A stretch of DNA of 43,514 bases from an uncultured Candidatus Nanopelagicus sp. (GCA_964344025.1 CAYFKM010000002.1:1-43514); one strand, 5' to 3'; positions 17,957-28,926 are shown, counted from the first letter of the stretch. Notes: a model not told the origin generated them from the letters alone. Numbers and translations: made by a program.

Positions 17957-18722
17957 AAAACCGTCCACCCTCACTTTGTACCGATATTTGAAGGCCGTAA
18001 GCATTAGAAAGATTGGTATCAGTAATTACTGATTGAATTTCCCCTTGTGCAATAGGAATTCCTTCTCGCAGCAATAGAGCATGGGTAGTACCAACTGGAA
18101 TCTCTTCAATATGGTGAGTGACGATTACGGTGGCTGGTGCTAACGGATCTTGAGCAAAAATTTCGATTCGCTTCAATAAATCCTCTCTACCACCTAGATC
18201 TAATGATGATGCAGGTTCATCAAGCAGTAGTAATTCAGGGTCAGCCATAAGCGCTCTGGCTATCTGAACGCGCTTCTTTTCTCCCTCACTAAGTGATCCG
18301 AAGTGACGCTCCCCTAGTTCGCGCACTCCCAAAGCTGTTAGGAGTGCAATCGCCCTCGACTCATCCCACAGGTCATATTTTTCTTGCCACCTGCCTAACA
18401 TTGCATACGCAGCGGTTAGAACCACATCAATTACCAATTCCTCAGGAGGGAACTGCTCGACAAGCACAGAGGATGTTAATCCAATTCGAGTTCGTAGTTC
18501 GAAAACATCTACTTTTCCCAACTCCTCACCAAGAATTTTTACCTTGCCTTTTGTTGGATGCGATAATGAAGAACAGATCTGAAGTAAAGTTGTTTTGCCC
18601 GCCCCATTTGGACCTAACACCACCCAACGTTGGCCCTCTAATACCCGCCAATTGAGCGGACCCAATATTGTCTTTTCACCCCTGCGAACGCTTACATTCT
18701 CTACTTCAAGTATTGCGTTCAT
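17940..18722 (-). CDS. ABC transporter ATP-binding protein (no adjacent permease)
   Basis: GPNGAGKTT, LSEGE, LLLLDEP and VTHH motifs. Confidence 0.92.
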   Translation of the reverse strand: MNAILEVENVSVRRGEKTILGPLNWRVLEGQRWVVLGPNGAGKTTLLQICSSLSHPTKGKVKILGEELGKVDVFELRTRIGLTSSVLVEQFPPEELVIDVVLTAAYAMLGRWQEKYDLWDESRAIALLTALGVRELGERHFGSLSEGEKKRVQIARALMADPELLLLDEPASSLDLGGREDLLKRIEIFAQDPLAPATVIVTHHIEEIPVGTTHALLLREGIPIAQGEIQSVITDTNLSNAYGLQISVQSEGGRFFARAR

Positions 18723-18772
18723 AAGGATTAAAGATACCTCGCGAACAGCACAAATATGGCTAATCTGAGCCA

Positions 18773-19945
18773 GTGCCCGACAAGAATATGCCTTTTTATA
18801 CTGGCTTAATTCTAATTTCAGGCGAAGATAGACCCGGAATCACCGAAAAATTATTCAAATCACTATCCCAATTCGTAGTCAAAATTAATGATATCCAGCA
18901 AATTGCTATCCGAGGAAGATTAATCCTAACAATTCTTATCGCCTTAGATGAAGCTCATTCTAGCGCAGTAGTTGAAGATTTAAATATCCTACAAGAGGAA
19001 CTAAATGTAGATATTGCAGTTGATTTTTCAAATTATCAAGAGGCGCATCGACTCAACGACCTTCTCCGAGTCATTATTATTGGAGAAGAGATCCGGCCCA
19101 CCTCACTCGCTCTGGTTGCAGCTGAAGTAACAAAGCTAGGTGGAAACATTGTTGATATATGCCGGTTATCGAATGTGCCAATAATCGCCTTTGAATTACT
19201 CTTATCTTTGCCAAATTCAAATATTAAACAAGTGCAATCAGCTTTATCTAAGATAGCAATTGCGAATAATATTGACTTATCAGTTCAACCCGGTGGATCA
19301 GCCAGCCAATTAAAAAGAGCTGTGCTCTTAGATATGGACTCAACTCTTATCCAAGAAGAGGTAATTGATATTTTGGCAAATTTTGCTGGAAAATCCCAGC
19401 TCGTTTCAGAGATCACTAAGAAAACCATGGCTGGTGAATTAGATTTTAGTGACTCACTTAACTCTCGTGTGAGTTTGCTAGCCGGATTGGAAGAAGCTGT
19501 TTTAATTAAAGCTCGTAATCAAATCACTTTAACTACTGGAGCAAAGACTTTAATCGAATGCCTGCACAAATTGGGACATAAGGTGGGCGTAGTTTCTGGC
19601 GGGTTTATTGATGTCATAGATCCAATTATGCAAACCTTAAAAGTGAATTTTTGTCGTGCGAATAAATTGGAAATTCAGAACGGTAAATTAACCGGTAAAC
19701 TGGTGGGAAAAATAGTTGATAGCGATGAAAAAGCCAAAGCTTTACGTGAATTTGCAAACTTAGAAGGTGTTGATTTGGAACAGACCGTGGCGGTAGGTGA
19801 TGGAGCCAATGATATAAAAATGATTCAAGCTGCTGGTCTAGGCATTGCCTTTAAAGCAAAGCCAAAAGTTATTGAATCGGCAGATTCGACAATAAGCTTC
19901 AGTAACTTATCTGCAGTGTTGCCTTTAATGGGAATTAGAACCTAA
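18773..19945 (+). CDS. serB: Phosphoserine phosphatase with N-terminal ACT domains
   Basis: GEDRPGI (ACT), LDMDSTLI, VSGGF and GDGAND motifs. Confidence 0.95.
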   Translation: MPDKNMPFYTGLILISGEDRPGITEKLFKSLSQFVVKINDIQQIAIRGRLILTILIALDEAHSSAVVEDLNILQEELNVDIAVDFSNYQEAHRLNDLLRVIIIGEEIRPTSLALVAAEVTKLGGNIVDICRLSNVPIIAFELLLSLPNSNIKQVQSALSKIAIANNIDLSVQPGGSASQLKRAVLLDMDSTLIQEEVIDILANFAGKSQLVSEITKKTMAGELDFSDSLNSRVSLLAGLEEAVLIKARNQITLTTGAKTLIECLHKLGHKVGVVSGGFIDVIDPIMQTLKVNFCRANKLEIQNGKLTGKLVGKIVDSDEKAKALREFANLEGVDLEQTVAVGDGANDIKMIQAAGLGIAFKAKPKVIESADSTISFSNLSAVLPLMGIRT

Positions 19946-20618
19946 TTTTCTCTGTGGCTAATTTTCGCAATTTAGACACCATATCGGCTGGATCACTTGA
20001 TTTAAACACTGCACTTCCAGCTACAAAACAGTTTGCCCCTGATTTAGCAGCAATCCCAATTGTTTCTAAGGAGATGCCACCATCGACCTGTAATAAAGGT
20101 TTTGGATCAGGCTTTTTGTTGATTTCATCTCTTGCAATTTTTACCTTTTCCATTTGATCTTCCATAAATTTCTGGCCGCCAAAGCCCGGCTCTACAGTCA
20201 TAATAAGAATTAAATCAATTTCAGCGATCAAATCAAGTACATCTGAAAATTTCGTCTGAGGTTTTATTGCCACTCCTACCTGAGCACCATTAGATCGAAT
20301 ATTCCTAATTATGTCCTTAGCATTCTTAGCGGCTTCAATATGGAAAGTGACAGAGTGGCAGCCAACCTGCGCATATCTGGGAGCTTGAATATCTGGATCT
20401 TCAACCATTAAATGCGCATCGACCGGCAACTCTGAGAACGAAATAATTTGGGTAGCTCGCTCAAAACTAAAAGTAAAATTAGGGACAAATTTATTGTCCA
20501 TAATATCTAAGTGCAAATAATCTGATTCATTGGAAACTCGTGATATTTCTTTTTCAAGTTCATCAAAGTTCGCATTCAAAATACTTGGGCTAATAAACAC
20601 TTTACCTACTTCAGACAT
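19935..20618 (-). CDS. rpe: Ribulose-phosphate 3-epimerase
   Basis: SPSIL, HLDIMD, MTVEPGFGGQ and QVDGG motifs. Confidence 0.96.
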   Translation of the reverse strand: MSEVGKVFISPSILNANFDELEKEISRVSNESDYLHLDIMDNKFVPNFTFSFERATQIISFSELPVDAHLMVEDPDIQAPRYAQVGCHSVTFHIEAAKNAKDIIRNIRSNGAQVGVAIKPQTKFSDVLDLIAEIDLILIMTVEPGFGGQKFMEDQMEKVKIARDEINKKPDPKPLLQVDGGISLETIGIAAKSGANCFVAGSAVFKSSDPADMVSKLRKLATEKIRF

Positions 20619-20620
20619 GT

Positions 20621-21949
20621 CTATCCTCTTTTTTCAAACAGTGCCATGAACATAGCATCTGATTGATTTCTATGAGTCCATAGCTGCATAGTGCCGTCTT
20701 TTTGCACCCCAGCTGAGTTGGATAATTTCAATGCGGATAATGGCAAAATACTCATATCAGGATAAGTGCCAAGGAAATCAATAACCTGACCCTTGGTTTC
20801 AGCTAAGTGGGGTGAGCAAGTAACATATGCAATTACTCCTCCAGGATTTAGAAGTTGGTAAGCACTGGAAAGTAATTTTCTTTGCAATGACACTAATTCC
20901 TTCAAATCATCGAGACTCTTCCTCCATCTAGCCTCAGGCCTTCTACGCAACGCACCTAAACCAGTGCAGGGAGCATCAATAAGAATCCGGTCAAATTTTG
21001 TTTTGAAATTACCAGGTACTGTTCCATCGCTGATAATTACTAAATCATTTCCAATAACTCTCTTTACTAGATTAGCTCTAGTTGAATTGATCTCATTGGC
21101 TAAAAAGACTGCGGAATCATCTAATTGCTTGAGCGAGAAGTAAAGGTATGCTGCCTTCCCACCCGGACCAGAACAAAGATCTAACCAAGAGATTTTTGAT
21201 CTAAAAGTTGATAAAAAATTCTCAACCACAAGCTGAGAGCCTCTATCCTGCACACCGGCTCTTCTCTCCATTATAGGTGCAAGTTCTGATGGAATAGAGG
21301 GAGTAGTAAATCCGTTTAACGTTCCATCAATTTTCAAACCTCCAAGGTTCAAAAATTCAGAGTGAGTCGATTTCGATGGCCATGCCACTATATCTGGTGC
21401 GGTTGGAGTGTTATTTGAAATCAATAATTGCTCCACCTCACTCCAATCTTTCAATTGGTCGTAAAAAGCAGAGGTAATCCATTCCGGGTGACTATGTTGA
21501 ATAGATAATCGTTGAAGGTTTGTTAATTCATTAAGCTCACTAAGATCAATTTTGCTCGTAGTAACTTTTCTAAGAATTGCATTTACATACGAAGCCTTGG
21601 ACTCTCCAGCTACTAATTTCGCTAATTCAACGGTTTCAGAAACAGCAGCATGATCTGCAACCCTCATATGAGTTATTTGATGAATTCCTAACCGGATCAG
21701 ATCAACTACAACGTAGTCGATTTCAGATATGGGTCGATCCGTAAACTTAGAAGCTAAATAATCATGCCTTCCCTGCATTCTTAATGTGCCGTATCCAAGC
21801 TCAGTAGCAAATGCTTTATCTGCAATGCTCAATTTCGACTTAGATAACAGTTCAGGCATTCGCAAATTCGCATACGCACCCTCGCGATTTACCTGAGTAA
21901 TTAGGTTAAAAGCAACTAACCGGGATTGACTTGGATTGGGTTTACCCAA
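20621..21949 (-). CDS. rsmB: 16S rRNA m5C methyltransferase RsmB/Sun
   Basis: NusB-like N-terminus, LDLCSGPGGK, DAPCTGLG and YVTCS motifs; downstream of fmt. Confidence 0.9.
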   Translation of the reverse strand: MGKPNPSQSRLVAFNLITQVNREGAYANLRMPELLSKSKLSIADKAFATELGYGTLRMQGRHDYLASKFTDRPISEIDYVVVDLIRLGIHQITHMRVADHAAVSETVELAKLVAGESKASYVNAILRKVTTSKIDLSELNELTNLQRLSIQHSHPEWITSAFYDQLKDWSEVEQLLISNNTPTAPDIVAWPSKSTHSEFLNLGGLKIDGTLNGFTTPSIPSELAPIMERRAGVQDRGSQLVVENFLSTFRSKISWLDLCSGPGGKAAYLYFSLKQLDDSAVFLANEINSTRANLVKRVIGNDLVIISDGTVPGNFKTKFDRILIDAPCTGLGALRRRPEARWRKSLDDLKELVSLQRKLLSSAYQLLNPGGVIAYVTCSPHLAETKGQVIDFLGTYPDMSILPLSALKLSNSAGVQKDGTMQLWTHRNQSDAMFMALFEKRG

Positions 21950-22862
21950 GGTGTAAGCCCGTTCGTGAAGTAAGACCTCTTATGAATTCTGCTGCAGTCA
22001 TTTGACTCCTACCGGCAGGGGTGAGTTGAAGAATTTCAATGACACCTGATTGAGCACCCACATACAGTTTTTCGTCCACAATCAATATTTCACCTGGACT
22101 TAAATTAATCTTGATATCAGAAATTCGCAGGGAATGAAACCTTAACCTCTTTCCGTCCAATATTGACCAAACTCCCGGATCATGAGCTATTGCTCTGTAT
22201 AGATTTACGATATTGAATGCTGAGGTATTCCAATCTATTCGTCCATCGTTTTTGAAGAATTTTTTCGCGTGTGAAATTCCTTGATCACTCTGTGGCGTAG
22301 GAATAACATTCATTTCAATAAGTTGTAAAGCTTGCATAACTTGCTGAATTGCTTCGAAACTCAGAAATTGAAGTACATCCTCAGTTGTATCATTCTCTAC
22401 TAAATCAAATTCACAAGAAGTATAAACCGGTCCCGTATCCATTCCTTCATCCAGCTTAAAAATACTCAATCCAATCTTGTCTTCTCCCGATAAAATCGTC
22501 CATTGCACCGGAGCAGCACCACGCCATTTTGGAAGTTTGGAAAAATGCACATTAATCCATCCGTATTTTGGGCGTGACAGAAGATCTTTATGAACTAGAC
22601 TCCCATATGCAATCGTTACTACTAGATCTGGTGAAAGTTCGTTAAGAATTTCATTTAATTCTAACTTATTTGAAGGCTTAAAAATTTGTAGGTTTAAACT
22701 TTCTGCCCAAACGGCCAGTGAGTTAGGTTCCATTTTTTGCCCCCGACCCACTGGCTTATCAGGATTGGTTATTAGGCCAATGAAATTATGTAAGTTATTT
22801 GCCTTGAGGGACTCAACTAGTGGTTTTGCTACTAAAGATGAAGATGCAACAATCAATCTCAA
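21942..22862 (-). CDS. fmt: Methionyl-tRNA formyltransferase
   Basis: NPDKPVGRG, NVHFSKLPKWRGAAP and MDTGP motifs. Confidence 0.95.
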   Translation of the reverse strand: MRLIVASSSLVAKPLVESLKANNLHNFIGLITNPDKPVGRGQKMEPNSLAVWAESLNLQIFKPSNKLELNEILNELSPDLVVTIAYGSLVHKDLLSRPKYGWINVHFSKLPKWRGAAPVQWTILSGEDKIGLSIFKLDEGMDTGPVYTSCEFDLVENDTTEDVLQFLSFEAIQQVMQALQLIEMNVIPTPQSDQGISHAKKFFKNDGRIDWNTSAFNIVNLYRAIAHDPGVWSILDGKRLRFHSLRISDIKINLSPGEILIVDEKLYVGAQSGVIEILQLTPAGRSQMTAAEFIRGLTSRTGLHLG

Positions 22863-22863
22863 A

Positions 22864-23424
22864 TTACAGACCTAATCCAAAAGTTGAATGCGGTGAGAGT
22901 TTCACTGTTGGATTTAAACCTTTTTCAGTAGCGATGCCAAACCAATCCGATTCTCTGATTTCCTTCATTGCTATTTTTCGATCTTCAATCTTCATTCGAT
23001 CAATAAAGAGCACCCCATTTAAATGGTCAGTTTCATGTTGTAAACACCTAGCAAGAAGTTCGGTACCTTCAACTGTAATCGGATCCCCATACATATTAAA
23101 ACCCGTAGCAACTGCGCGAAACGCACGTGGTGTATTGAAAGAAAGGTTTGGAAACGACAAACAACCCTCCTCTCCCTCCTGTATATCCTCACTTAAATTA
23201 AGAGTGGGATTAACTAAATGTCCTAATTCAGCATCAATATCCCAAACAAATACTCGAAGTGGAACTCCTATTTGCGGAGCAGCAAGCCCGGCACCTGGGG
23301 CAGCTTGCATTGTCTCAGTCAGATCAGAGACTAATTGCCGCAACTCTTTATCGAAATCTATAACCTCTGCTGCAGGGCTAACCAACACAGGATCACCAAA
23401 TAATCGAATAGGTTGAATTGCCAT
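22864..23424 (-). CDS. def: Peptide deformylase
   Basis: GAGLAAPQ, EGCLS and QHETDH motifs. Confidence 0.97.
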   Translation of the reverse strand: MAIQPIRLFGDPVLVSPAAEVIDFDKELRQLVSDLTETMQAAPGAGLAAPQIGVPLRVFVWDIDAELGHLVNPTLNLSEDIQEGEEGCLSFPNLSFNTPRAFRAVATGFNMYGDPITVEGTELLARCLQHETDHLNGVLFIDRMKIEDRKIAMKEIRESDWFGIATEKGLNPTVKLSPHSTFGLGL

Positions 23425-23450
23425 AGGTTAATGATACTTGAGAGTTGAGC

Positions 23451-25358
23451 CTAAATATCGAACTGATCAAATCGAACTTTAAATATATCTTTCCCCTTTA
23501 TGCTTTGGATCTTTACCACATCATCAAGTAAATCGACTAAATTGCTTCCTTGCTCTAAGGCTGTGCGTATAATCAATCTACTTATTGTTTTATTTAATAA
23601 CACAGGACCTGTGATCTCATAATCAGAGCTACTTCTCAAGTTTTCGGCGAATTTGGAAATTTCTTGGTTTCTACCTTCCACAGTGGCGATTCTAAAAAAG
23701 GGCGGTAATTTCGCGTTTTTACGTTCCACTAACTGTTGACTTGCTGTATACGATGGATTTTTTCGTAATATTGATTGAATTAGCGGATGATTATTTGGTA
23801 GTGACAAAAAGATCTCCGCATTAAAACTAGCCTTACCGATTAGGCTCCACCATAGAAACCCAGCCAGTTCTTCTGACCGCAGTGTCGGACGATTGAAAAT
23901 TCGCTCGCCATCCAATAAAAATACACCTGCAAACTCCCCTGACGGTTCAGCACCGGGAGTTGATATCACCACATGCCGTCCCCTTGGAACAACTTCAATT
24001 TGTTTACTCCCAGATGAAATCAGTATTGAAGTTTTACTTAACGCACGTCCAATTTCCTCAGCGGTTCGATCTATTCCTTTTGCAATCACATAGGGACGAT
24101 TATCTCCACAAAACGCACATCTCCAGTCTGTGAAATTCTTTTGACACAGGTAGCACTGGGGAATTTTCTTTTCTGAATTAATTTCTAGCTTCCCACCACA
24201 TTCACAACGTGCCGAATTTCTACACTTAGTGCAAAGAAATAGGTTGGCATAACCTTTCTCTGCAACTGACACTAAAACGTTTCCCTTTAAAATGGCCTTC
24301 TTTATTTGAGCAATATACGTGTCAGACTTATCACTTGTGAGGTAGCTATGATTTATTACTCTTCCATATTTCTTGCTTTCCATCCAACCAATTGAAACTA
24401 ACCTTTCAATCTCCAGCGAGTGAGAAGCTGAAATAAATATTAAAGAGTTGTCCACTGGCCTAAGTAAAGAAGCATCCCTCGTATTCCAACCAGGAGAATG
24501 TATTTCATAATGTGAACTATCAAGATCTGAATAGACAATTACAGTTGCAGTTTTGTCTAATGGCAACAAACCACCACTTCTGGTAGCAAGTATTAATCTA
24601 AATTTACCTTGCTTCACACGAAGGTAGTTGCGATACCGAACGTTTTTAGGTAGATGAGAGCCATATTCGACCAGGAGATGCTGAAATATCGGCAAAAGTA
24701 ACTTTCTAAAATTCTTTATATCCTTCTCATCGGGCACTAACAGTAAAACCTGTCCTTGAGATGCTCTAAGTGTTGCTATTTGTGAAACGAACTCAATTGC
24801 ATCAAAAGCTAACGGTGTAGTACACGCCCAACGAATTTTTTTATTACCTTGCAATCGATCAAAATCTACTCGCCCAATTAAACTTTTGAAATCAGCGGAT
24901 ACCTTCAAATCTCCACAACTTTCTGGCAAATCTTCAAAAAGTGTTTCCTCTTTAATAGCTCGAGGTGGTACGGACTGCTTTATTAAATTCCAGAAGCTTC
25001 CACCAAACCTATCTCTCACCAATTCGAGATGTCTTAGCATCGAAGGTGGAATGATCTCCGGTGGAGATGAAAGTGCAAATATGGGTTTCAGTCTTTGCGA
25101 AGTTGAGCTTTTATCGGTTCGAGAAACAATCAATCCTTCAGTTTTTACGTTTCCAAACTCAACAAGGACCTTAGTTCCAATAACTGCATGACTTGATAAC
25201 TCTTCGGGAACTGAATAATCATATAAGGCCTCAAGATGTGAAACCGGCGCATTTACTAGGACTGAAGCAACCGGATCTGTGGCTGCCAAACTAATAGTTG
25301 CTCGAGATTTGCTCGTACTTGCCGATTTCTGTCGCCTTAACTTTAATTTTTCAGACAC
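23451..25358 (-). CDS. priA: Primosomal protein N' (PriA), helicase motifs degenerate
   Basis: YDYSVP/GTKVLVEFG N-domain, 8-Cys Zn region and LPPF motif; located between metK and def/fmt. Confidence 0.85.
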   Translation of the reverse strand: MSEKLKLRRQKSASTSKSRATISLAATDPVASVLVNAPVSHLEALYDYSVPEELSSHAVIGTKVLVEFGNVKTEGLIVSRTDKSSTSQRLKPIFALSSPPEIIPPSMLRHLELVRDRFGGSFWNLIKQSVPPRAIKEETLFEDLPESCGDLKVSADFKSLIGRVDFDRLQGNKKIRWACTTPLAFDAIEFVSQIATLRASQGQVLLLVPDEKDIKNFRKLLLPIFQHLLVEYGSHLPKNVRYRNYLRVKQGKFRLILATRSGGLLPLDKTATVIVYSDLDSSHYEIHSPGWNTRDASLLRPVDNSLIFISASHSLEIERLVSIGWMESKKYGRVINHSYLTSDKSDTYIAQIKKAILKGNVLVSVAEKGYANLFLCTKCRNSARCECGGKLEINSEKKIPQCYLCQKNFTDWRCAFCGDNRPYVIAKGIDRTAEEIGRALSKTSILISSGSKQIEVVPRGRHVVISTPGAEPSGEFAGVFLLDGERIFNRPTLRSEELAGFLWWSLIGKASFNAEIFLSLPNNHPLIQSILRKNPSYTASQQLVERKNAKLPPFFRIATVEGRNQEISKFAENLRSSSDYEITGPVLLNKTISRLIIRTALEQGSNLVDLLDDVVKIQSIKGKDIFKVRFDQFDI

Positions 25359-25360
25359 TG

Positions 25361-26551
25361 CTAATTAATTAAAGACTTAAGTGCGGATGAACGATCAGTT
25401 CTTTCCCAAGTAAATTCCGCAAGCTCTCTACCGAAATGTCCATATGCTGCCGTCTTGCTATAAATTGGACGCAGTAAGTTCAGGTCACGAATAATCGCTG
25501 CCGGTCTGAGATCAAAAACTTCCAATACAGCTTTACTGATTTTATCGACAGAGATCTTTTCAGTTCCAAAAGTTTCAAGGAAAAGGCCAACAGGTTGAGC
25601 CTTTCCAATAGCATATGCAACCTGAACTTCACATCGATCTGCAAAGCCCGCAGCAATAACATTTTTTGCTACCCACCTCATCGCATAAGCAGCAGATCGA
25701 TCTACTTTGGATGGATCTTTACCAGAAAACGCTCCCCCACCATGACGAGCCATTCCTCCGTAAGAATCAACAATTATTTTTCTACCAGTAAGGCCGGCGT
25801 CACCCATGGGACCACCAATTACAAATCTACCAGTTGGATTTATCAATATATTAAGGTTCTTAGTTGCAATATCTAATTTCTCGACTATTGGATCTATTAC
25901 AAATTTTTTTATATCTGGTGAGAGTTTTTTATCAATATCAATATCATCTGCATGTTGACTTGAAATAACTATCGTATTCAGAGCAACTGGTTTATCTGCC
26001 TGGTATTCAATCGTCACTTGAGTTTTGCCGTCAGGCCTCAAATAAGAAAGTGTGCCATCCTTGCGAACGTTGGCGAGTTGTTGAGATAGTTTATGAGCAA
26101 GTGAGATAGGTAGAGGCATCAATTCTGCCGTGTCATTGCAGGCATAACCAAACATTAAACCTTGATCTCCTGCTCCTTGCAGATCTAATGGATCTGAGGA
26201 TGAAGAGACTCGACTTTCAAACGCATCATTTACACCTTGTGCAATATCAGATGATTGTTGACCGATAGAAAGTGAAACACCACAACTATTACCATCAAAT
26301 CCTTTATCAGATGAGTCATAACCAATTCCTAAAACTGTATCCCTGACAATATTCATAACATCCGCGTAACCATTTGTAGTTACTTCACCTGCCACGTGCA
26401 CTTGACCAGTGGTGATTAGAGTTTCTACAGCTACACGACTCTTAGGGTCCTGCGAGAGCAAAGAATCTAAGATAGCATCTGAAATTTGGTCCGCGATCTT
26501 ATCTGGATGACCCTCGGTTACTGATTCTGAGGTAAAGAGTCGATTAATCAT
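25361..26551 (-). CDS. metK: S-adenosylmethionine synthetase
   Basis: [19 protein letters not shown] and GGGAFSGKD motifs. Confidence 0.98.
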   Translation of the reverse strand: MINRLFTSESVTEGHPDKIADQISDAILDSLLSQDPKSRVAVETLITTGQVHVAGEVTTNGYADVMNIVRDTVLGIGYDSSDKGFDGNSCGVSLSIGQQSSDIAQGVNDAFESRVSSSSDPLDLQGAGDQGLMFGYACNDTAELMPLPISLAHKLSQQLANVRKDGTLSYLRPDGKTQVTIEYQADKPVALNTIVISSQHADDIDIDKKLSPDIKKFVIDPIVEKLDIATKNLNILINPTGRFVIGGPMGDAGLTGRKIIVDSYGGMARHGGGAFSGKDPSKVDRSAAYAMRWVAKNVIAAGFADRCEVQVAYAIGKAQPVGLFLETFGTEKISVDKISKAVLEVFDLRPAAIIRDLNLLRPIYSKTAAYGHFGRELAEFTWERTDRSSALKSLIN

Positions 26552-27755
26552 TTATCAATTCTAACGTAGACACTAATTTATCGAGCAATATGTCAGAAAG
26601 AGTCTCTTTTGAAATTTCAGGAACTTCAGTTATGTTTCGTCGAGAATCTATTATTAATCCTTTAGTGTTATTACTTCCAAAAACCGCACCATTAGAAACA
26701 TCATTTACAAAAATTAAGTCTAATGATTTTGCTTCAAGTTTTTTAATAGCACGTTCCTGCAGCTCTTTTAGATGACTTGTAGTTTCTGCAGCGAAGCCTA
26801 CAATTAATTGATTTTTTTGTTTAATTTTTGTTAATTCATGAATCAGATCTTGATTCTTTTCAAGATCTAAGCTTCCTAGTTGTTCTTTAGGAATCTTGAG
26901 TTGCTCAAAATTCTTGACTTTTGCATCTGCAACTGCAGCACTCATTATCAAGGCGTCTGAGTGCGGAAATTCAATTTTCAATATTTCTGCCATTTCATCT
27001 GCAGTTTCTACCTCAGTGATCGTAATTCCTTCTATTATGGGCAACTCTGTGTTTGCGGAGATCAAATGAACTTCCGCTCCTCGTGAAGCAGCGGCAGCGG
27101 CTAACGCAAAACCTTGTTTACCTGAAGAACGATTTCCAATAAATCTAACTGGATCTATCGGCTCTCTAGTACCTCCGGCAGTCACTATGATTTTATAGCC
27201 CTTCAAATCTGCAAGTAAATCAGTGTGGTAGTAAATTTCGGAAATTATTCTTGAACTCTCTGGATACCTACCTATACCAATGTCAGTGCCAGTCATCCGA
27301 CCCTCATCCGGCTGAATAACTACAAATCCTCTGCGTTTCAAAGTTTCGACATTTTCGACGGTTGCTGGATTACTCCACATTTCAGGGTGCATCGCCGGTA
27401 CCAAAAATTTTGTTGATGTTGAAGCCAAAACTATATTGGTTAGTAGATCATCAGCTCTACCGGATGCAAGTTTTGCAATCAAATCAGCTGTAGCAGGGGC
27501 AATCACAATTGTGTCATTTTCTTTAGCCATTGAAATGTGGGGCACATTCTCTACATTTGACCATAGGTCTGTTATGACTTTTCTTCCAGATAAAGCTTCC
27601 CAGGTCGCCTTGCCAATAAAGTTAAGGCTAGCTGGGGTTGGTACGACGTCAACAATGAATCCCTCATCCTGCAATCTGCGAAGCAAATCACAAGATTTAT
27701 AAGCAGAAATTCCCCCGGCTACACCAAGAAGTAATTTACGACCACGGGGAAACAT
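26544..27755 (-). CDS. coaBC: Phosphopantothenoylcysteine decarboxylase/ligase
   Basis: [41 protein letters not shown] and GFAAET motifs. Confidence 0.97.
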   Translation of the reverse strand: MFPRGRKLLLGVAGGISAYKSCDLLRRLQDEGFIVDVVPTPASLNFIGKATWEALSGRKVITDLWSNVENVPHISMAKENDTIVIAPATADLIAKLASGRADDLLTNIVLASTSTKFLVPAMHPEMWSNPATVENVETLKRRGFVVIQPDEGRMTGTDIGIGRYPESSRIISEIYYHTDLLADLKGYKIIVTAGGTREPIDPVRFIGNRSSGKQGFALAAAAASRGAEVHLISANTELPIIEGITITEVETADEMAEILKIEFPHSDALIMSAAVADAKVKNFEQLKIPKEQLGSLDLEKNQDLIHELTKIKQKNQLIVGFAAETTSHLKELQERAIKKLEAKSLDLIFVNDVSNGAVFGSNNTKGLIIDSRRNITEVPEISKETLSDILLDKLVSTLELIND

Positions 27756-27764
27756 GGTGCGCTC

Positions 27765-28043
27765 TTAATTAGCTGAATCAGCTGACTTTGGTTCCAAATT
27801 CTCAATGGTTAGCAGGCCGTCGTTAATTTCCCGCAATGCAATGGAAAGTGGCTTTTCATGAACATAAGTTTCTACCAGAGGTCCGACGTACTCTAATAAG
27901 CCTTCACCCAGCTGCGAGTAGTAGGCATTAATTTGTCTAGCACGCTTTGCTGCATAGAGAACTAAACTGTATTTCGAACCTGCTTTGTCCAATAGTGCAT
28001 CTATTGGTGGATTTGTAATTCCGTCTAGTGCTTGATTACTCAT
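27765..28043 (-). CDS. rpoZ: RNA polymerase omega subunit
   Basis: [23 protein letters not shown] and [10 protein letters not shown] motifs. Confidence 0.97.
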   Translation of the reverse strand: MSNQALDGITNPPIDALLDKAGSKYSLVLYAAKRARQINAYYSQLGEGLLEYVGPLVETYVHEKPLSIALREINDGLLTIENLEPKSADSAN

Positions 28044-28059
28044 AATGCCCCTTTTATCA

Positions 28060-28926
28060 CTATTGAAGGGCTAAAGATACCAGTTCGGCCACTGACTGTT
28101 CTACCTGATGATTTACCAACACATAGTCGAATTCTGATGCAGCAGATAACTCTTCCTTGGCTCTTTCTAGGCGGGCTTGAGTAGAGACATCAGATTCAGT
28201 GCCACGATTTATTAGACGTGCTGTTAATTCTTCCCAAGTTGGAGGTTCAATAAAGACCATTATTGCCTCTTTCGAGTTTTTTCGTATCTGCCGAGCACCA
28301 TTCAATTCGATCTCCAAAATAACATTTTTACCAGAGGAAAGAGCACTTTCAACTGGTTTTCTTGGAGTTCCATACTTGGCACCTGCAAACTCAGCAAACT
28401 CAAGAAATTCGCCATTAGTGATCATCTGATTAAATAAATCATCACTTACAAAATGATAATCAACCCCATCAACTTCGCCAGTTCTCATTTTTCTAGTTGT
28501 GACTGAAATTGAGATCCAAAAACGATTATCACCTCGAAGTTTATTAGTAATAGTACTTTTTCCAACACCACTAGGACCTGATACGACAAGCAACTTGCCA
28601 ACTCTCGGAGAGTTTTTCATGAGTAAAAACTCCTCTCTGAGCAATTCGATTTGCCTAGGACCTACTCCGCCAATTCTACGTGAAGGTGAGATCTTGGTTC
28701 GCTCTAGAATTTGATCAGCCCTTATCTTTCCAACTCCCGGAACTGATTGCAGTAGATCAATTAGCCTCATTCGCGAGATAGATTTGCGCTCATCACTAAA
28801 AAGGTCGAAAAAAAATATCTTGCCAGTAGCAATAAGTTCCTTTGTTTTTGCCCGCTCTTGTCTTGCAATAACTGCCTTTTGACCCGCTCTCCTGCGAAAA
28901 CGGTTGCTTATTTTTGGTGGCTGCAT
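28060..28926 (-). CDS. gmk: Fusion: actinobacterial integration host factor (mIHF, about aa 1-100) + guanylate kinase
   Basis: N-terminus [30 protein letters not shown] is mIHF/sIHF-like. C-terminus has [25 protein letters not shown] and YGTP of Gmk. One uninterrupted 288-aa ORF. Confidence 0.92.
   Translation of the reverse strand: MQPPKISNRFRRRAGQKAVIARQERAKTKELIATGKIFFFDLFSDERKSISRMRLIDLLQSVPGVGKIRADQILERTKISPSRRIGGVGPRQIELLREEFLLMKNSPRVGKLLVVSGPSGVGKSTITNKLRGDNRFWISISVTTRKMRTGEVDGVDYHFVSDDLFNQMITNGEFLEFAEFAGAKYGTPRKPVESALSSGKNVILEIELNGARQIRKNSKEAIMVFIEPPTWEELTARLINRGTESDVSTQARLERAKEELSAASEFDYVLVNHQVEQSVAELVSLALQ

Noticed and set aside
22820..23416. 198-aa plus-strand ORF
   Set aside because: Antisense shadow of def with no motifs or expression signals
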